Assembly: GCA_023700245.1 (NCBI GenBank)
Contig: JAJPRE010000001.1
Location: forward strand, 68,807 to 132,806
Length of the DNA stretch: 64,000 nucleotides
Direction of reading: 5' to 3'
DNA from: Candidatus Thalassarchaeaceae archaeon
GTDB lineage: Archaea; Thermoplasmatota; Poseidoniia; Poseidoniales; Thalassarchaeaceae
Part shown: in pieces, positions 47,693 to 58,029 of the stretch
How positions within the stretch are numbered: the first letter of the stretch is position 1
Layout of the letters: each line of letters begins with the position of its first letter
Translations under genes and position numbers: made by a program
Notes under the pieces: generated by a model
What the model was told of the DNA's origin: nothing
The model's input: the letters and a program-made list of their open reading frames with translations, nothing else
Databases searched by the model: none

Positions 47693-49414
47693 GTGACAAT
47701 GATGATGCTCCCCGACTATCCGGATAAAGTAATCGCCGAGCATCAGTTGAGAATTGAGAAATTTACGATTATGAGTACAATATTACTAGTAATATTTGGG
47801 GGGTGGTGGCTATTTATGAATCTAGATAGTGACAAAAATCTAGTATTTAGATATGGACCCGTTATAATTATGTTCATTTCAGCAATTATATTGCCCGATT
47901 TAATAAACTTTGGACCAAAATCACGTGCAAAAGTAGCATCAATATGTAATATGTTATGGCCCTGTATTCTAGCCTTCATTGGAGTAAACTATGATGATTC
48001 ACCAAATTTTTTATCAATATTATTATTATTATTATTAATTATAATTTTATTTCTTATATCTTACTCCATATTGGGATCTAATTTAGCTACTAGGAGATTA
48101 AGGGGCATTACAAGTATTGGAGGATTAGCAATTGCTTCTCCTATTCTTTCATCTACAAGTAATATTTTACCATGGGCAGTAGTTTTTACTGCTACATCTT
48201 TGACCATGATTCCAGACTTATTGAAAAAAGATTCTGACCATCTATTGAGAAAGAGGTTTTCAAAAGAGTTAGATATTGCAGAATTAAAATTACTTGAGTT
48301 TAAGGCAAAGGGAATTAATATTCAACAAGCATCTTCAATTTTAAAGGTCGCAAGGGAAGAAGGATTTGACAATCCCGAAGAAGGATTAAAATCAATAGAA
48401 GATTCTTTAATGGATGCACAAAGATTTATCGCATTATCAAAGGACATCGAAGAAATCAGAAATAATGCATATTCACGATTAGAGAAATTAGAATTAATAA
48501 CTTTAGTCCCTAAAATCCCTAGAGAATTATTCAATCAGGGAGATACAGAATTTGATGCTGGTTCATTACGTGAGGCAGAATTACTCTATCGAAAATCTAA
48601 AGAAAAGTCTACTGAACTTGAAAAATATTGGCAAGATGCATCGGATTTAATTGATCGTTCCGAATCAATGATAAATGATTTCCAAGGATATCAAATTAAG
48701 GGAGTTATTAGCATATTAAATTCTGCAAAAGATGCTTTAATAGATGAAAATCCAAAAAAAGCAAAAGAAATTGCTGAATCAATAGAATATCATATTAGTA
48801 GTATAAGTTCAAATGAAGAAAGTGCAATTTTAGTAATAAAACAAGTAGAAGAAAATATTGAAAACCAGGGATTTGATTTAGCAACAAATTCCAAAAATAG
48901 ATTAAATGAAGCTAAAGAAGCATTAAATTCTGGAAATTCTACACTCGCAAAAGGTTTAGCAGATAGTATACTTAGGGAAATCAAATTAACTTCTGAATCA
49001 ATGCTTAAGGTCCAAAAGGCATTAAGGCAAAAAAGTACCATTGAGTCTAGATTTCCATCCGGAAAATTAAGAAATAAATGGCTAGAAAAACTAAATAATA
49101 TTATTGCGGAATCAAATTCCGGAAATTGGATAGAGGCATCGGATAACTTAGAAGATTTGACAAAATTATTAAGAGATTTTGAAAACGAAAGTAATGAGGC
49201 CAAAGAATTACTTATATTTATACGAGAAGAATGGGAAATTTTGAGGTCAAAATTGGATTCTTTTGGAATTAAACCAGACGATGAAATGAGGTTGATGATT
49301 GAACGTAAAGTATCCGATGCAAATATTTCATTTGAAGATGGAGATATTCAATTATGCCTATCGCATCTATCCAAATCTGATGAGTTAATCGAAAATCTTA
49401 GACGTAGAATCTAA
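47693..49414 (+). CDS. Multi-TM protein with C-terminal helical-hairpin repeat domain, unknown function
   Basis: About 5 TM segments in the first 190 aa, then about 370 aa of charged helices with a recurring A-x-x-A-L-x-x-G-N/D-x-x-x-A motif. AGGATGTGA SD is present; start is GTG 47693 or ATG 47699. Confidence 0.6.
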   Translation: MTMMMLPDYPDKVIAEHQLRIEKFTIMSTILLVIFGGWWLFMNLDSDKNLVFRYGPVIIMFISAIILPDLINFGPKSRAKVASICNMLWPCILAFIGVNYDDSPNFLSILLLLLLIIILFLISYSILGSNLATRRLRGITSIGGLAIASPILSSTSNILPWAVVFTATSLTMIPDLLKKDSDHLLRKRFSKELDIAELKLLEFKAKGINIQQASSILKVAREEGFDNPEEGLKSIEDSLMDAQRFIALSKDIEEIRNNAYSRLEKLELITLVPKIPRELFNQGDTEFDAGSLREAELLYRKSKEKSTELEKYWQDASDLIDRSESMINDFQGYQIKGVISILNSAKDALIDENPKKAKEIAESIEYHISSISSNEESAILVIKQVEENIENQGFDLATNSKNRLNEAKEALNSGNSTLAKGLADSILREIKLTSESMLKVQKALRQKSTIESRFPSGKLRNKWLEKLNNIIAESNSGNWIEASDNLEDLTKLLRDFENESNEAKELLIFIREEWEILRSKLDSFGIKPDDEMRLMIERKVSDANISFEDGDIQLCLSHLSKSDELIENLRRRI

Positions 49415-49494
49415 AAAATATTTTTTACTAATGATATGTATTTGTCAAATCAAGTAACCAACTTCATAATATGTTACTGACTTAACCATTTGCT

Positions 49495-50286
49495 ATGAGG
49501 GGCATTATTGGAATTAGAATAATCTTCTTTTTTGGAGTATTTGCCATACTTTCAGGTATATTGATCCAATTCAATGCTGAGGTTAATTATCCAGAACAAG
49601 AATCAGGGGTTATGCCGGCTTCTATGGCCGCAGACTCAGATGAAATTATCGAAAAAATAGAGTATTCACAGAAGGATGACCAATCAAATAATTTAATATT
49701 TACAGGTATTGGAATATTATTTACATTATTACTAGCAGGAACATCATTCGAATTTTTTAAAGTTTTATTATTAGTCTCATTACTTATTCCTATTGTTTCA
49801 AAAAGAAATAACTCAGAAGATGATATTCTCAATAGGGGAAGAATATTGGGATATCTTGAAGCCAATGCCGGAATTAACTTTTCAGCATTAAGGGATGGAT
49901 TAGGTTTGGCGAATGGTGTTTCAGCATATCATTTGAATTTGCTTGAATCCAATGGGCAAATTATATCATGGAGAGATGGAAAGCTTAGGAGGTATGCTAT
50001 CAGCAGCTTATCTCAAGAAGAAGTAAAACTGATTCAAAATCCTATAATTGGGACGAGATTAGCCATATTAGAAGTGTTAGGAGATTCTGGAAATATGGGT
50101 ATATCCGGGCCAGAAATAAGGTCCAAGCTCTCTATTTCTCGTCAATTACTCAGTCATCACATGTTAGAATTAAGGAAAAATAATTTAGTTTCGCTAGTTA
50201 AAGAATCTAAGCGTCCACGGTGGCAAAATTCGAATGAAGGAAATAAATTACTAACTATTTCCAAGGAAATTAAAAAATCTGATTAA
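49495..50286 (+). CDS. Membrane-tethered protein with two winged-helix (ArsR/MarR-like) domains
   Basis: N-terminal TM, acidic linker and TM hairpin, then RILGYLEANAGINFSALRDGLGLANGVSAYHLNLLESNGQIISWRDGKLRRY and RLAILEVLGD...ISGPEIRSKLSISRQLLSHHMLELRKNNLV, both of which read as wHTH units. Confidence 0.55.
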   Translation: MRGIIGIRIIFFFGVFAILSGILIQFNAEVNYPEQESGVMPASMAADSDEIIEKIEYSQKDDQSNNLIFTGIGILFTLLLAGTSFEFFKVLLLVSLLIPIVSKRNNSEDDILNRGRILGYLEANAGINFSALRDGLGLANGVSAYHLNLLESNGQIISWRDGKLRRYAISSLSQEEVKLIQNPIIGTRLAILEVLGDSGNMGISGPEIRSKLSISRQLLSHHMLELRKNNLVSLVKESKRPRWQNSNEGNKLLTISKEIKKSD

Positions 50287-50362
50287 TGTAAATCACTGGT
50301 CCTTTTCGCTTGTCCAATCATTATACCAGTTTATTGATATATAATTATCCCTAGGGGTATTT

Positions 50363-52672
50363 ATGGCCCTTAAAAATAATGCTGTATTTATGACACTTTT
50401 GATGTTTCTTTCATCCGGTTGTATTGGCCTGATAGAAGAAGTTTCTGACATAGCAGAAGAAATTGATAATACGATTAATGCATTAGGTGGCGACTATCCA
50501 AAGTTAGAATTGCCAGAAAGGATACGTACGAAACCTACTCTTCAAAATTATGATCAATGTAACGAATTATTGGAAGACTTGAAAACTGCGGCATATGATG
50601 AAATGATAGTCTCACTTGATCAAGAGAGCTATTGGCATTGGTCAACTAATATACTCCGAAGCTTCAATAATGGAGATGATATTATGATATTTGAAGAAGG
50701 TTTCGCGGAAATTTCATCCGACACAGTCTCAGAAATTCCAGTAAATGATAGGGAAGGAGAATTTTCAGGAACAAATAACCAGGAATCAGATGTCGATGAA
50801 GCAGATTTCATCAAGACAAATGGATTCAATATTTTTATGTTAAATGGTAACTTATTACTAATAATGGGAGTTCCCGAATTTGGTGAATTATATTTAGAAT
50901 CTAATACTAGTATTGAGGGCAATCCAATTCAAATGATGCTTGAAGGAGATAAACTTGTAATTGCTTCGAGTATCAATTCATGGGAATTATCCAATGAAAA
51001 ATTAGAAAGTTTAAATTCAAATAATGCTATAAATTTAGTAAAGTATACTATATTGAATATAACTAATGCTTCCTTACCCGAAGTGGAGAAAGAAGTATAT
51101 GTTGAGGGAAATTATCAAACAGCACGTTTGGTAGATGGAACAGTTCGTTCAATAACACATTTTTGGACATATATTAAAGATTTACAAAGTTACGTAAATC
51201 TTCCAATAGAATACTGGGAAGAAGACAATTATGATGCTCGAATGGAGTTATGGAATTCAAGTGTTAAAGATGTTATTGAAAATAATACTAAAATCATAGG
51301 GGCATTAACTCTTGATGATTTTTCTCCCCATGTTTATGAGGTAAAAAAAGATCAACAAAAAATATTTAATCAATTACCAATAAGTTCGGAAAATTGTTCA
51401 GAATTTTCTGCAAGTGAAGATAGTGCAGGCAGAGGATTTACAACAATAATGACATTAGACTTATTCCAAGATGATATTGAGGTCGAAGTTGATCATATCA
51501 CATCTTCTTCATCCCATATTTATGCTTCAAAAGATAAATTAATAATAGCTGAACCATCTAATGATTGGTGGTGGTTTTGGAGAAATTCTAATTGGGAGGA
51601 AGCCACAAATATACATGTTTATGATATCAGTGATTCTACAGAAACTCACTATTTATCTTCAGGTAGAGTTAATGGAACGGTACAAGATCAATTCTCCATT
51701 TCAGAATATCAAGGTTTGATTAGAGTTGCATCTACATCTAATAATTGGGGTTTATGGTGGATTATGGATGCGTTTGATGACGATGAACAAAATGATCCAA
51801 CCGGCCCAACTAATCAAGTATCAATTTTAGAAGATAATGGTGATGGGAACCTAGATTTAATGGGATATCTTGGAAATATTGCTCCTGGTGAAACAATTTG
51901 GAGTGCTAGATTCATAGGAGAAAGGGCATATTTAGTTACCTTTCAAAATATAGATCCTTTATGGGTGATAGATTTATCTGAACCATCTGCCCCAACCATT
52001 CTTGGTGAATTAGAAGTTCCAGGCGTTTCAACATATATACATCCGATTGATGATAATCTATTATTGACAATTGGTATTGCCCCTGGCCCGGATGGCTTGG
52101 GGCTTGATTGGAGCCTAACTCAAATATCATTATTTGATATCAATGATCCCACTAATCCAACTCTTGCTGATTCTTTACAATTAACACCAGCATATGCCGA
52201 TAAAAACTGCGAGCAAATCATTTCTTGTGGATGGTCATGGTCTTGGTCTGAAGCAACATATGAACATAAAGCATTTAATTACTGGGAGAAAGAAGGATTA
52301 CTTGCAATTCCACTATCTACGAATAGATATGTTTACGATGAAATCACGATCGAGGGGAAAAATTATCAATATTCAGGTTATGAATTTATTTCTAGTTTGC
52401 AACTAATTAACGTAGATTCAGATAATAAATCTCTAAGTTTGCAAGGAGATGTAAACCATTCAGGTTTTTACAATGATCAATCATTAGATTGGTGGAGTAC
52501 TTCCACTAGTATTCAACGTTCAATCTTTATGGGAGACTATATTTATTCATTTTCAACTGCAGGCGCTAGTGTTCATAGGACTAATGATTTAGTAATGATA
52601 AAAGAGATTGAAATCCCCGGATTCCAAAGTGTAAGCTACGTTGATTATAATGAATTCTTAGTAATTGATTAG
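50363..52672 (+). CDS. Secreted beta-propeller domain protein (Beta_propel family), possible lipoprotein
   Basis: Signal with possible lipobox LMFLSSGC. Family blocks SGTNNQESDVDEADFIKTNG and ARFIGERAYLVTFQNIDPLWVIDLSEPSAPTILGELEVPGVSTYIHP. Confidence 0.8.
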   Translation: MALKNNAVFMTLLMFLSSGCIGLIEEVSDIAEEIDNTINALGGDYPKLELPERIRTKPTLQNYDQCNELLEDLKTAAYDEMIVSLDQESYWHWSTNILRSFNNGDDIMIFEEGFAEISSDTVSEIPVNDREGEFSGTNNQESDVDEADFIKTNGFNIFMLNGNLLLIMGVPEFGELYLESNTSIEGNPIQMMLEGDKLVIASSINSWELSNEKLESLNSNNAINLVKYTILNITNASLPEVEKEVYVEGNYQTARLVDGTVRSITHFWTYIKDLQSYVNLPIEYWEEDNYDARMELWNSSVKDVIENNTKIIGALTLDDFSPHVYEVKKDQQKIFNQLPISSENCSEFSASEDSAGRGFTTIMTLDLFQDDIEVEVDHITSSSSHIYASKDKLIIAEPSNDWWWFWRNSNWEEATNIHVYDISDSTETHYLSSGRVNGTVQDQFSISEYQGLIRVASTSNNWGLWWIMDAFDDDEQNDPTGPTNQVSILEDNGDGNLDLMGYLGNIAPGETIWSARFIGERAYLVTFQNIDPLWVIDLSEPSAPTILGELEVPGVSTYIHPIDDNLLLTIGIAPGPDGLGLDWSLTQISLFDINDPTNPTLADSLQLTPAYADKNCEQIISCGWSWSWSEATYEHKAFNYWEKEGLLAIPLSTNRYVYDEITIEGKNYQYSGYEFISSLQLINVDSDNKSLSLQGDVNHSGFYNDQSLDWWSTSTSIQRSIFMGDYIYSFSTAGASVHRTNDLVMIKEIEIPGFQSVSYVDYNEFLVID

Positions 52673-52711
52673 GGAACAAGTATCTATTTCTGATAGTTCT
52701 TGACCAATCAA

Positions 52712-54091
52712 TTAATTAGTACCGAATTTTAAACTACTCCCAACAGATCCAGGATTAACTATCGACTTTCCTCGTAATTCATCATTAAGATTCCTAGTGT
52801 GGACAACTATTCCATTAACTATGGTGAAAACTGGCCATCCAGTCATACTCATGCCTGCATAAGCTGTCCATCCAACTCTACTCCATACATCTCTATCCTC
52901 TATCGTTTTTTGTTCTTCCATATTTATTAGGACCAAATCTGCATCTTTGCCTTGTTCAATACATCCTTTATTTTGAATATCATAGACCTTTGCAGGACCT
53001 TCAGACATCCAACGTACTACATCAGGAATGGAACACTTACCTTCTGATGCATGAGTCAACATCATCGGTAATGAAGTTTCAACGCCCGGCATCCCTGAAT
53101 GTGCCTTAGGGAAGCCTAGTAATTTATTTTCTAAGGTATGAGGCGCATGGTCGGTAGCGATACAATCAATTGTCCCATCCTTTAATCTACGCCATAATTT
53201 ATCTCTATCCTCTTCATATCTTATCGGGGGATTCATGATTAATCTAGTCCCTCTCTCCAGTACATCATTTTCATCAAAAGTAAGGTGCTGAGGGCACACT
53301 TCTGTTGTAATTAAATCCCGTTTATTATTTGCCAACCAATCTGCTTCGATACCACTTGTAAGATGTAAAATATGTAGTTTATGGGAATGATCATTGGAAA
53401 GTTGTGCAGCCCTCTTCGTTGCAATCAATGCAGTTTCACTGTCTCTCCATTCTGCATGAGCAGCAACGTCCGTTCTATGGCTAAAATTTGGTTTTCTAAT
53501 ATTTAATCTATCTTCGTCCTCTGCATGAACTGCAATTACACCCCCAGTTCCAGCGAAAATTTTCTCTAATGCATCTTGTTCATTTACTAGCAAATCTCCT
53601 GTACTGCTCCCCATAAATATTTTAGTGCCACAAATTCCATCTACATTTTTAGGGTTTTCAAATGTACCAACTGCCTTTTGTAACTCAGTTAGATTGTTAG
53701 GGGTCGCGCCAATAAAAAAACCATAATTTGTGATTGCAGAATTACTAGCCGAATTAATCTTGTCATTAATTGATTCTAAAGATACTGCAGAAGGATTATT
53801 ATTCGGCATATCAAGAAAACTAGTTACTCCTCCAGATGCTGCTGCTCTGCTGCCAGTAGCAATATTTTCTCTTTCAGGCTGCCCAGGTTCTCTAAAATGA
53901 ACCTGAGGATCAATTACTCCAGGTAAAAGATACAATCCTTCAGCATCAATTAAATCTTCATCATCATTTATAGATAATCCTCCGCCAATTGCAACAGTAT
54001 GAATTAATCCATTCTTTATTCTTAGGTCACCAAAAGAAATATTCCCTTCAATAATCATTTCAGCATTTGTGATAAGTAGCCCTCTGCCCAT
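52712..54091 (-). CDS. pyrC: Dihydroorotase
   Basis: Amidohydrolase motifs DPQVHFREPG (HxH) and ATDHAPH. TATAAA (54116-54121, minus strand) lies 25 nt upstream of ATG 54091, favouring it over track start 54139. Confidence 0.85.
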   Translation of the reverse strand: MGRGLLITNAEMIIEGNISFGDLRIKNGLIHTVAIGGGLSINDDEDLIDAEGLYLLPGVIDPQVHFREPGQPERENIATGSRAAASGGVTSFLDMPNNNPSAVSLESINDKINSASNSAITNYGFFIGATPNNLTELQKAVGTFENPKNVDGICGTKIFMGSSTGDLLVNEQDALEKIFAGTGGVIAVHAEDEDRLNIRKPNFSHRTDVAAHAEWRDSETALIATKRAAQLSNDHSHKLHILHLTSGIEADWLANNKRDLITTEVCPQHLTFDENDVLERGTRLIMNPPIRYEEDRDKLWRRLKDGTIDCIATDHAPHTLENKLLGFPKAHSGMPGVETSLPMMLTHASEGKCSIPDVVRWMSEGPAKVYDIQNKGCIEQGKDADLVLINMEEQKTIEDRDVWSRVGWTAYAGMSMTGWPVFTIVNGIVVHTRNLNDELRGKSIVNPGSVGSSLKFGTN

Positions 54092-54197
54092 GTATATCAT
54101 GCAACCCAACATAGATTTATACAAGACTGTTAGCATCATTCGAGTCAGTTTACGTCATTCCATTGCGTTCAAATAACCTATGCATCCCACGTAGCCC

Positions 54198-54275
54198 ATC
54201 GGGTTGGAGTAGTCAGGTTATCTCGTCGGGCTCATAACCCGGAGACCAGTGGTTCAAATCCACTATCCGATACCA
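54198..54275 (+). tRNA. tRNA-Met (CAU), initiator-like, with encoded CCA
   Basis: Hand-folded cloverleaf: acceptor ATCGGGT/ATCCGAT (one G-U pair), D stem GAGT/TCTC, anticodon stem TCGGG/CCCGG with loop CTCATAA, variable loop AGACC, T arm AGTGG-TTCAAAT-CCACT, discriminator A, then CCA. A1:U72 and the GGG:CCC run in the anticodon stem are archaeal/eukaryal initiator features. Confidence 0.85.
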
Positions 54276-54412
54276 ATTTTAAATCAAAAATGAAAGTGAA
54301 TAAACGCTGTACTGCGTACAATACATGATATAAAGCACTTTCACAAAATATTCATGGGTGATTAATTCGTTAATATACTTACATCATGCGAGTTGTATGC
54401 GTAAAGGGTGAG

Positions 54413-55417
54413 ATGATGAGTAAAAAAACAGCAAGTGAAAAAATAAGTGAAGAAGAAATAGTAATTGATATCGATGAGCCTGAATTAACTGTTGAAGACT
54501 TACCTGGCGTAGGTCCTGCAACAGCAGAGAAATTAAGAGAGGCCGGATTTGAAGAATTACTAGCTATAGCAGTAATGAGTCCTTCAGAATTAGCTGAACA
54601 AGCCGAACTAGGAGAGGCTGTATCTGCAAAAATAATAGCCGGAGCAAAGAGAATGGCCAATATTGGGGGATTTATCAGTGGGAACGCATTATTAGAAAAA
54701 AGAAAAAGAGTACAAAAATTATCGTCAGGAACATCATCCCTAGATGAGTTATTAGGAGGAGGTTTTGAGACGCAAGCTATAATTGAAGTTTACGGAGAAT
54801 TTGGAAGTGGAAAAACACAAGTTGGACACCAATTAGCTGTAAATACAATAAGGCCAATAGAAGATGGAGGATTAGATGGTGAAGTATTTTATATAGATAC
54901 AGAAGATACATTTAGGCCAGAAAGGATTACTCAAATGGCAATTGCATTAGGAATAGATCCAGCAGATGCCTTGGAGAGAATACACGTCGCAAGAGCATAT
55001 AATTCAGCCCATCAGATATTGTTAGTTGATGAGATAAAGAGAATGTCAAAAAATATAGATGTTAAATTAGTTATAGTTGACTCTTTAACTAGTCATTTTA
55101 GAGCGGAATATATTGGAAGGGGAATGTTAGCTACAAGGCAACAGAAATTGAATAGGCATATGAAAGATTTAAAACAACTTTCAGATATCCAAAATTCAAT
55201 AATCTTAGTCACAAATCAAGTTATGTCAAAGCCTGATGCAATGTGGGGAGATCCTACAAAGGCAATTGGAGGCCATATTGTAGGGCATGCTAGTACATTC
55301 CGATTATATCTTAGAAAATCTAAAGGTGGTCGCCGTATTGCAAGATTGGTAGATAGTCCAAATCTTCCAGAAGGAGAAGCAGTTTTTACAGTAACAGCAG
55401 AAGGATTGCAGGATTAA
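54413..55417 (+). CDS. radA: DNA repair and recombination protein RadA
   Basis: N-terminal HhH ([17 protein letters not shown]), Walker [10 protein letters not shown] and Walker [18 protein letters not shown] lies just before ATG 54413/54416; the track start is 54386. Confidence 0.95.
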   Translation: MMSKKTASEKISEEEIVIDIDEPELTVEDLPGVGPATAEKLREAGFEELLAIAVMSPSELAEQAELGEAVSAKIIAGAKRMANIGGFISGNALLEKRKRVQKLSSGTSSLDELLGGGFETQAIIEVYGEFGSGKTQVGHQLAVNTIRPIEDGGLDGEVFYIDTEDTFRPERITQMAIALGIDPADALERIHVARAYNSAHQILLVDEIKRMSKNIDVKLVIVDSLTSHFRAEYIGRGMLATRQQKLNRHMKDLKQLSDIQNSIILVTNQVMSKPDAMWGDPTKAIGGHIVGHASTFRLYLRKSKGGRRIARLVDSPNLPEGEAVFTVTAEGLQD

Positions 55418-57123
55418 ATTTCAATATCTAGAATTGACTTATGAACCTCATTTATTAGATTAGTCACATGATCTTTCTTGAACGACATTTCTAAGCCAGT
55501 AGCAGTGAATAACTCTCTCAGCCCCTTTGTGTATCCTAGGGATAAACCGTTTTTATATAGATCTAGGGCTTTTAGGGGATCTTCTTTATGATAATTCCAT
55601 AATTGCAGAGCTCCTAATTGAGCAATCCCATATTCTACATAATAAAATGGAGCCCCGAATAGATGTCCTTGTAATTGCCATGATGTTTCAAGTATGCTTT
55701 CCATATTATCTCCCTCTCCACTAATGCCACTATAGTCATACCTTGATCCAAATTTATTTGTTATTTCTAACCATTTATTTATTCTTTCTTTTCTGGTGTG
55801 GTTAGGATTTTTATATATCCAGTGTTGAAATGAATCTATAGTTGCCATCCACGGCATGAATTCTATGATTCCTTCCAAATGCTTCTTTTTTGCCCTAATA
55901 GAATCATCTTTATTATAGAATTGCTCCCACTTAGAATGGGATAGAAGTTCCATTGACATAGATGCAACTTCGGCAAACTCAATCGGAGAATCTCTTTCAT
56001 GAATTAAATCAAGATGCCCAGAATAAAATGAATGAAATGCATGACCAGCTTCATGAATCATGGTCTCTAAATTCCTCTGTGTTCCAGCAGCATTCATGAA
56101 AATAAATGGCATTCTGCTTTTCTGAAGATAATATTGATATCCTCCTGGGGCCTTTCCAATCCTACTCTCTAAATCTAAACAGTTATTTTTATCCAATAAA
56201 TCAAAATAATCTCCCAATTCTTTTGACATAGAATGAAATAGTTTTGAACAACCTTCTATTAATTCAGTTACATCATTAAACGGCCTTAATGGCTTTTTAC
56301 CGTACAAATCAACAGAAGAATCCCATGGTCTAAATTTATCTAATTTTAAGATATCCTTTCTTCTTTCATTAAATTGATTTTTTAGTGGCATACATGAAGA
56401 TTCTATGGAACTATGAAATTCCAGGCAATCAGCTATTGTGTAGTCAAATCTATGCATTGCAGCAAACATATATTCTTGATACCCCTCAAATCCAGAATTT
56501 ATAGATATTTGATGCCTCAATTTTATCATTTCATCAAATATTTCTGAAATCTCTTCTGTATCCTCCAGTATCCTCCTAGTACATGTTTTCCATGCCGATT
56601 CTCTAACTTCTCTGTCTACATTTTCTTGATAGATTGCCATCATTGGAAACGTCCTTTCTTCTCCGTCATAATGTACAGTTTGTTTACCTCTTATTTCATT
56701 ATATTTTGTACCCAAAATTGATAAACGCGTTTGAAGTGAGATATTTTCTTCTCTAAATATTCCAATATCGGATTTTATTGCTTCTATCATTAAATCATAT
56801 TTTTCTGGTAATTCACCTACAGATTTATGATTTACTATCCTTTTATTCAGTAAATCATTATACTCTGACAACTTTGGTTGAATATTTTCCACAAACTCTT
56901 TCCATGAATTTTGTGCATTTTCGTCATTAGTATGACATGTCATATTGATGTATGTTTTAGCACGTTTCTCAGAAACAAATTCACTTAGTTCCGATTCATC
57001 TTTTATTAACTTCTCAATACATTTTGAACAGTTTAAATCCCTATCTCTTAATTTATTGTAATAAGGCTCTAAATTACTCCATTTAGATGCATCTAGATCT
57101 TCTGGGACAAATCTCACACTCAT
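55414..57123 (-). CDS. pepF: Oligoendopeptidase F-like M3B metallopeptidase
   Basis: 569 aa with zinc motif HEAGHAFH. The 3-prime end overlaps the radA stop by 4 nt. Confidence 0.85.
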   Translation of the reverse strand: MSVRFVPEDLDASKWSNLEPYYNKLRDRDLNCSKCIEKLIKDESELSEFVSEKRAKTYINMTCHTNDENAQNSWKEFVENIQPKLSEYNDLLNKRIVNHKSVGELPEKYDLMIEAIKSDIGIFREENISLQTRLSILGTKYNEIRGKQTVHYDGEERTFPMMAIYQENVDREVRESAWKTCTRRILEDTEEISEIFDEMIKLRHQISINSGFEGYQEYMFAAMHRFDYTIADCLEFHSSIESSCMPLKNQFNERRKDILKLDKFRPWDSSVDLYGKKPLRPFNDVTELIEGCSKLFHSMSKELGDYFDLLDKNNCLDLESRIGKAPGGYQYYLQKSRMPFIFMNAAGTQRNLETMIHEAGHAFHSFYSGHLDLIHERDSPIEFAEVASMSMELLSHSKWEQFYNKDDSIRAKKKHLEGIIEFMPWMATIDSFQHWIYKNPNHTRKERINKWLEITNKFGSRYDYSGISGEGDNMESILETSWQLQGHLFGAPFYYVEYGIAQLGALQLWNYHKEDPLKALDLYKNGLSLGYTKGLRELFTATGLEMSFKKDHVTNLINEVHKSILDIEI

Positions 57124-57132
57124 TATTTCGCC

Positions 57133-57378
57133 TCAATTTTTATGTGATATGGGCCCATTAGGAAGAGGCCCCTCTTCTCTACTCCATTTGATGCATTTCC
57201 ATTGCTCTGCATCATTTACTACTTTTTCTCTTATTAGTTTTAATTCGGGATGTTCGGGATTTTGATTTTGAATCCAACATGCCGTACAGTATCTTTTCTT
57301 CTGATAATCAACAAAATTACTCGGTGTGCATGCAATCTCACAGTTTGTGCAGGACCTAAAGCCATAGAACTTAGACAT
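57133..57378 (-). CDS. Small zinc-ribbon protein, unknown function
   Basis: 81 aa with CTNC...CTAC Cys pairs. Tightly packed between pepF and the cgi121-like gene. Confidence 0.5.
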   Translation of the reverse strand: MSKFYGFRSCTNCEIACTPSNFVDYQKKRYCTACWIQNQNPEHPELKLIREKVVNDAEQWKCIKWSREEGPLPNGPISHKN

Positions 57379-57437
57379 ATTATCTCTCTCCGCTCAGGGT
57401 TAATACATATCAGTTTGACGCTTTGTTATTATCTATT

Positions 57438-58007
57438 TCATAAATCTGATAGTGCCATTTGTGTAAGAAATATATTCTCGATTTCAGATAAGGATATTTT
57501 CGTATTAATGCTTTTCATTCCCATATTATCTAAACCCTTTATTAGGGGTATTGGCCGTATTGGCATCATCCTACTTCCAATTAATTCAATTAATATTCTC
57601 GCGTCTTCATCATTTTTCAAATATGATTCCCTATCTAGATCTATTTTACCGAATACATCTGTATCGCCATATTTCGGTAAATATAAAATCCATGCCTTTT
57701 CTTCCCCTACTCTCAAACCTGATCGTTGAAATCCTGTTTTTATTTGATGTGTACCTGATATTAATCTTAAAAATTCAACGTCTGGAGTTCTGGCAGCCAT
57801 CTTATTCGAATTTTCTTTCCTTCTCAATGAATGCCATGTAGTCCAAAGATGAACCTCACTTGCTGCCGCCTCACTTCTTAAAAGAAGCCATCTTTGATTG
57901 TATCTATGTTTATTGAATAACTCAATTAATTCATTCAAATCTCCAATCGGTTTGGAAAAAACGATGCCCCATGCTGGAAACCATGGTACTGGATGTACTA
58001 TGTCCAT
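57438..58007 (-). CDS. cgi121: KEOPS complex subunit Cgi121-like
   Basis: AASEVHLWTTWHSL...EFLRLISGTHQIKTGFQRSGL and the C-terminal IENIFLTQMALSDL parallel archaeal Cgi121 (recalled MJ0187: HVLHAINQA...EILVRASGQRQIHEAIKIIG...VLEKIALIEL). ATG 58007 avoids overlap with hel308. Confidence 0.55.
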   Translation of the reverse strand: MDIVHPVPWFPAWGIVFSKPIGDLNELIELFNKHRYNQRWLLLRSEAAASEVHLWTTWHSLRRKENSNKMAARTPDVEFLRLISGTHQIKTGFQRSGLRVGEEKAWILYLPKYGDTDVFGKIDLDRESYLKNDEDARILIELIGSRMMPIRPIPLIKGLDNMGMKSINTKISLSEIENIFLTQMALSDL

Positions 58008-58029
58008 ACGTATGCCGATACACGCATTG

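Noticed and set aside
48019-48036. (ATT)6 trinucleotide run as a possible phase-variation tract.
   Set aside because: It is read as TTA codons and encodes a Leu run inside a TM segment. Slippage would stay in frame, so it cannot act as an on/off switch.
48790-49203. 137-aa minus-strand ORF inside the helical-repeat gene.
   Set aside because: It is an antisense reading of a Lys/Glu/Asn-rich coding region, which gives Phe/Ser/Leu-rich text, and has no signals.
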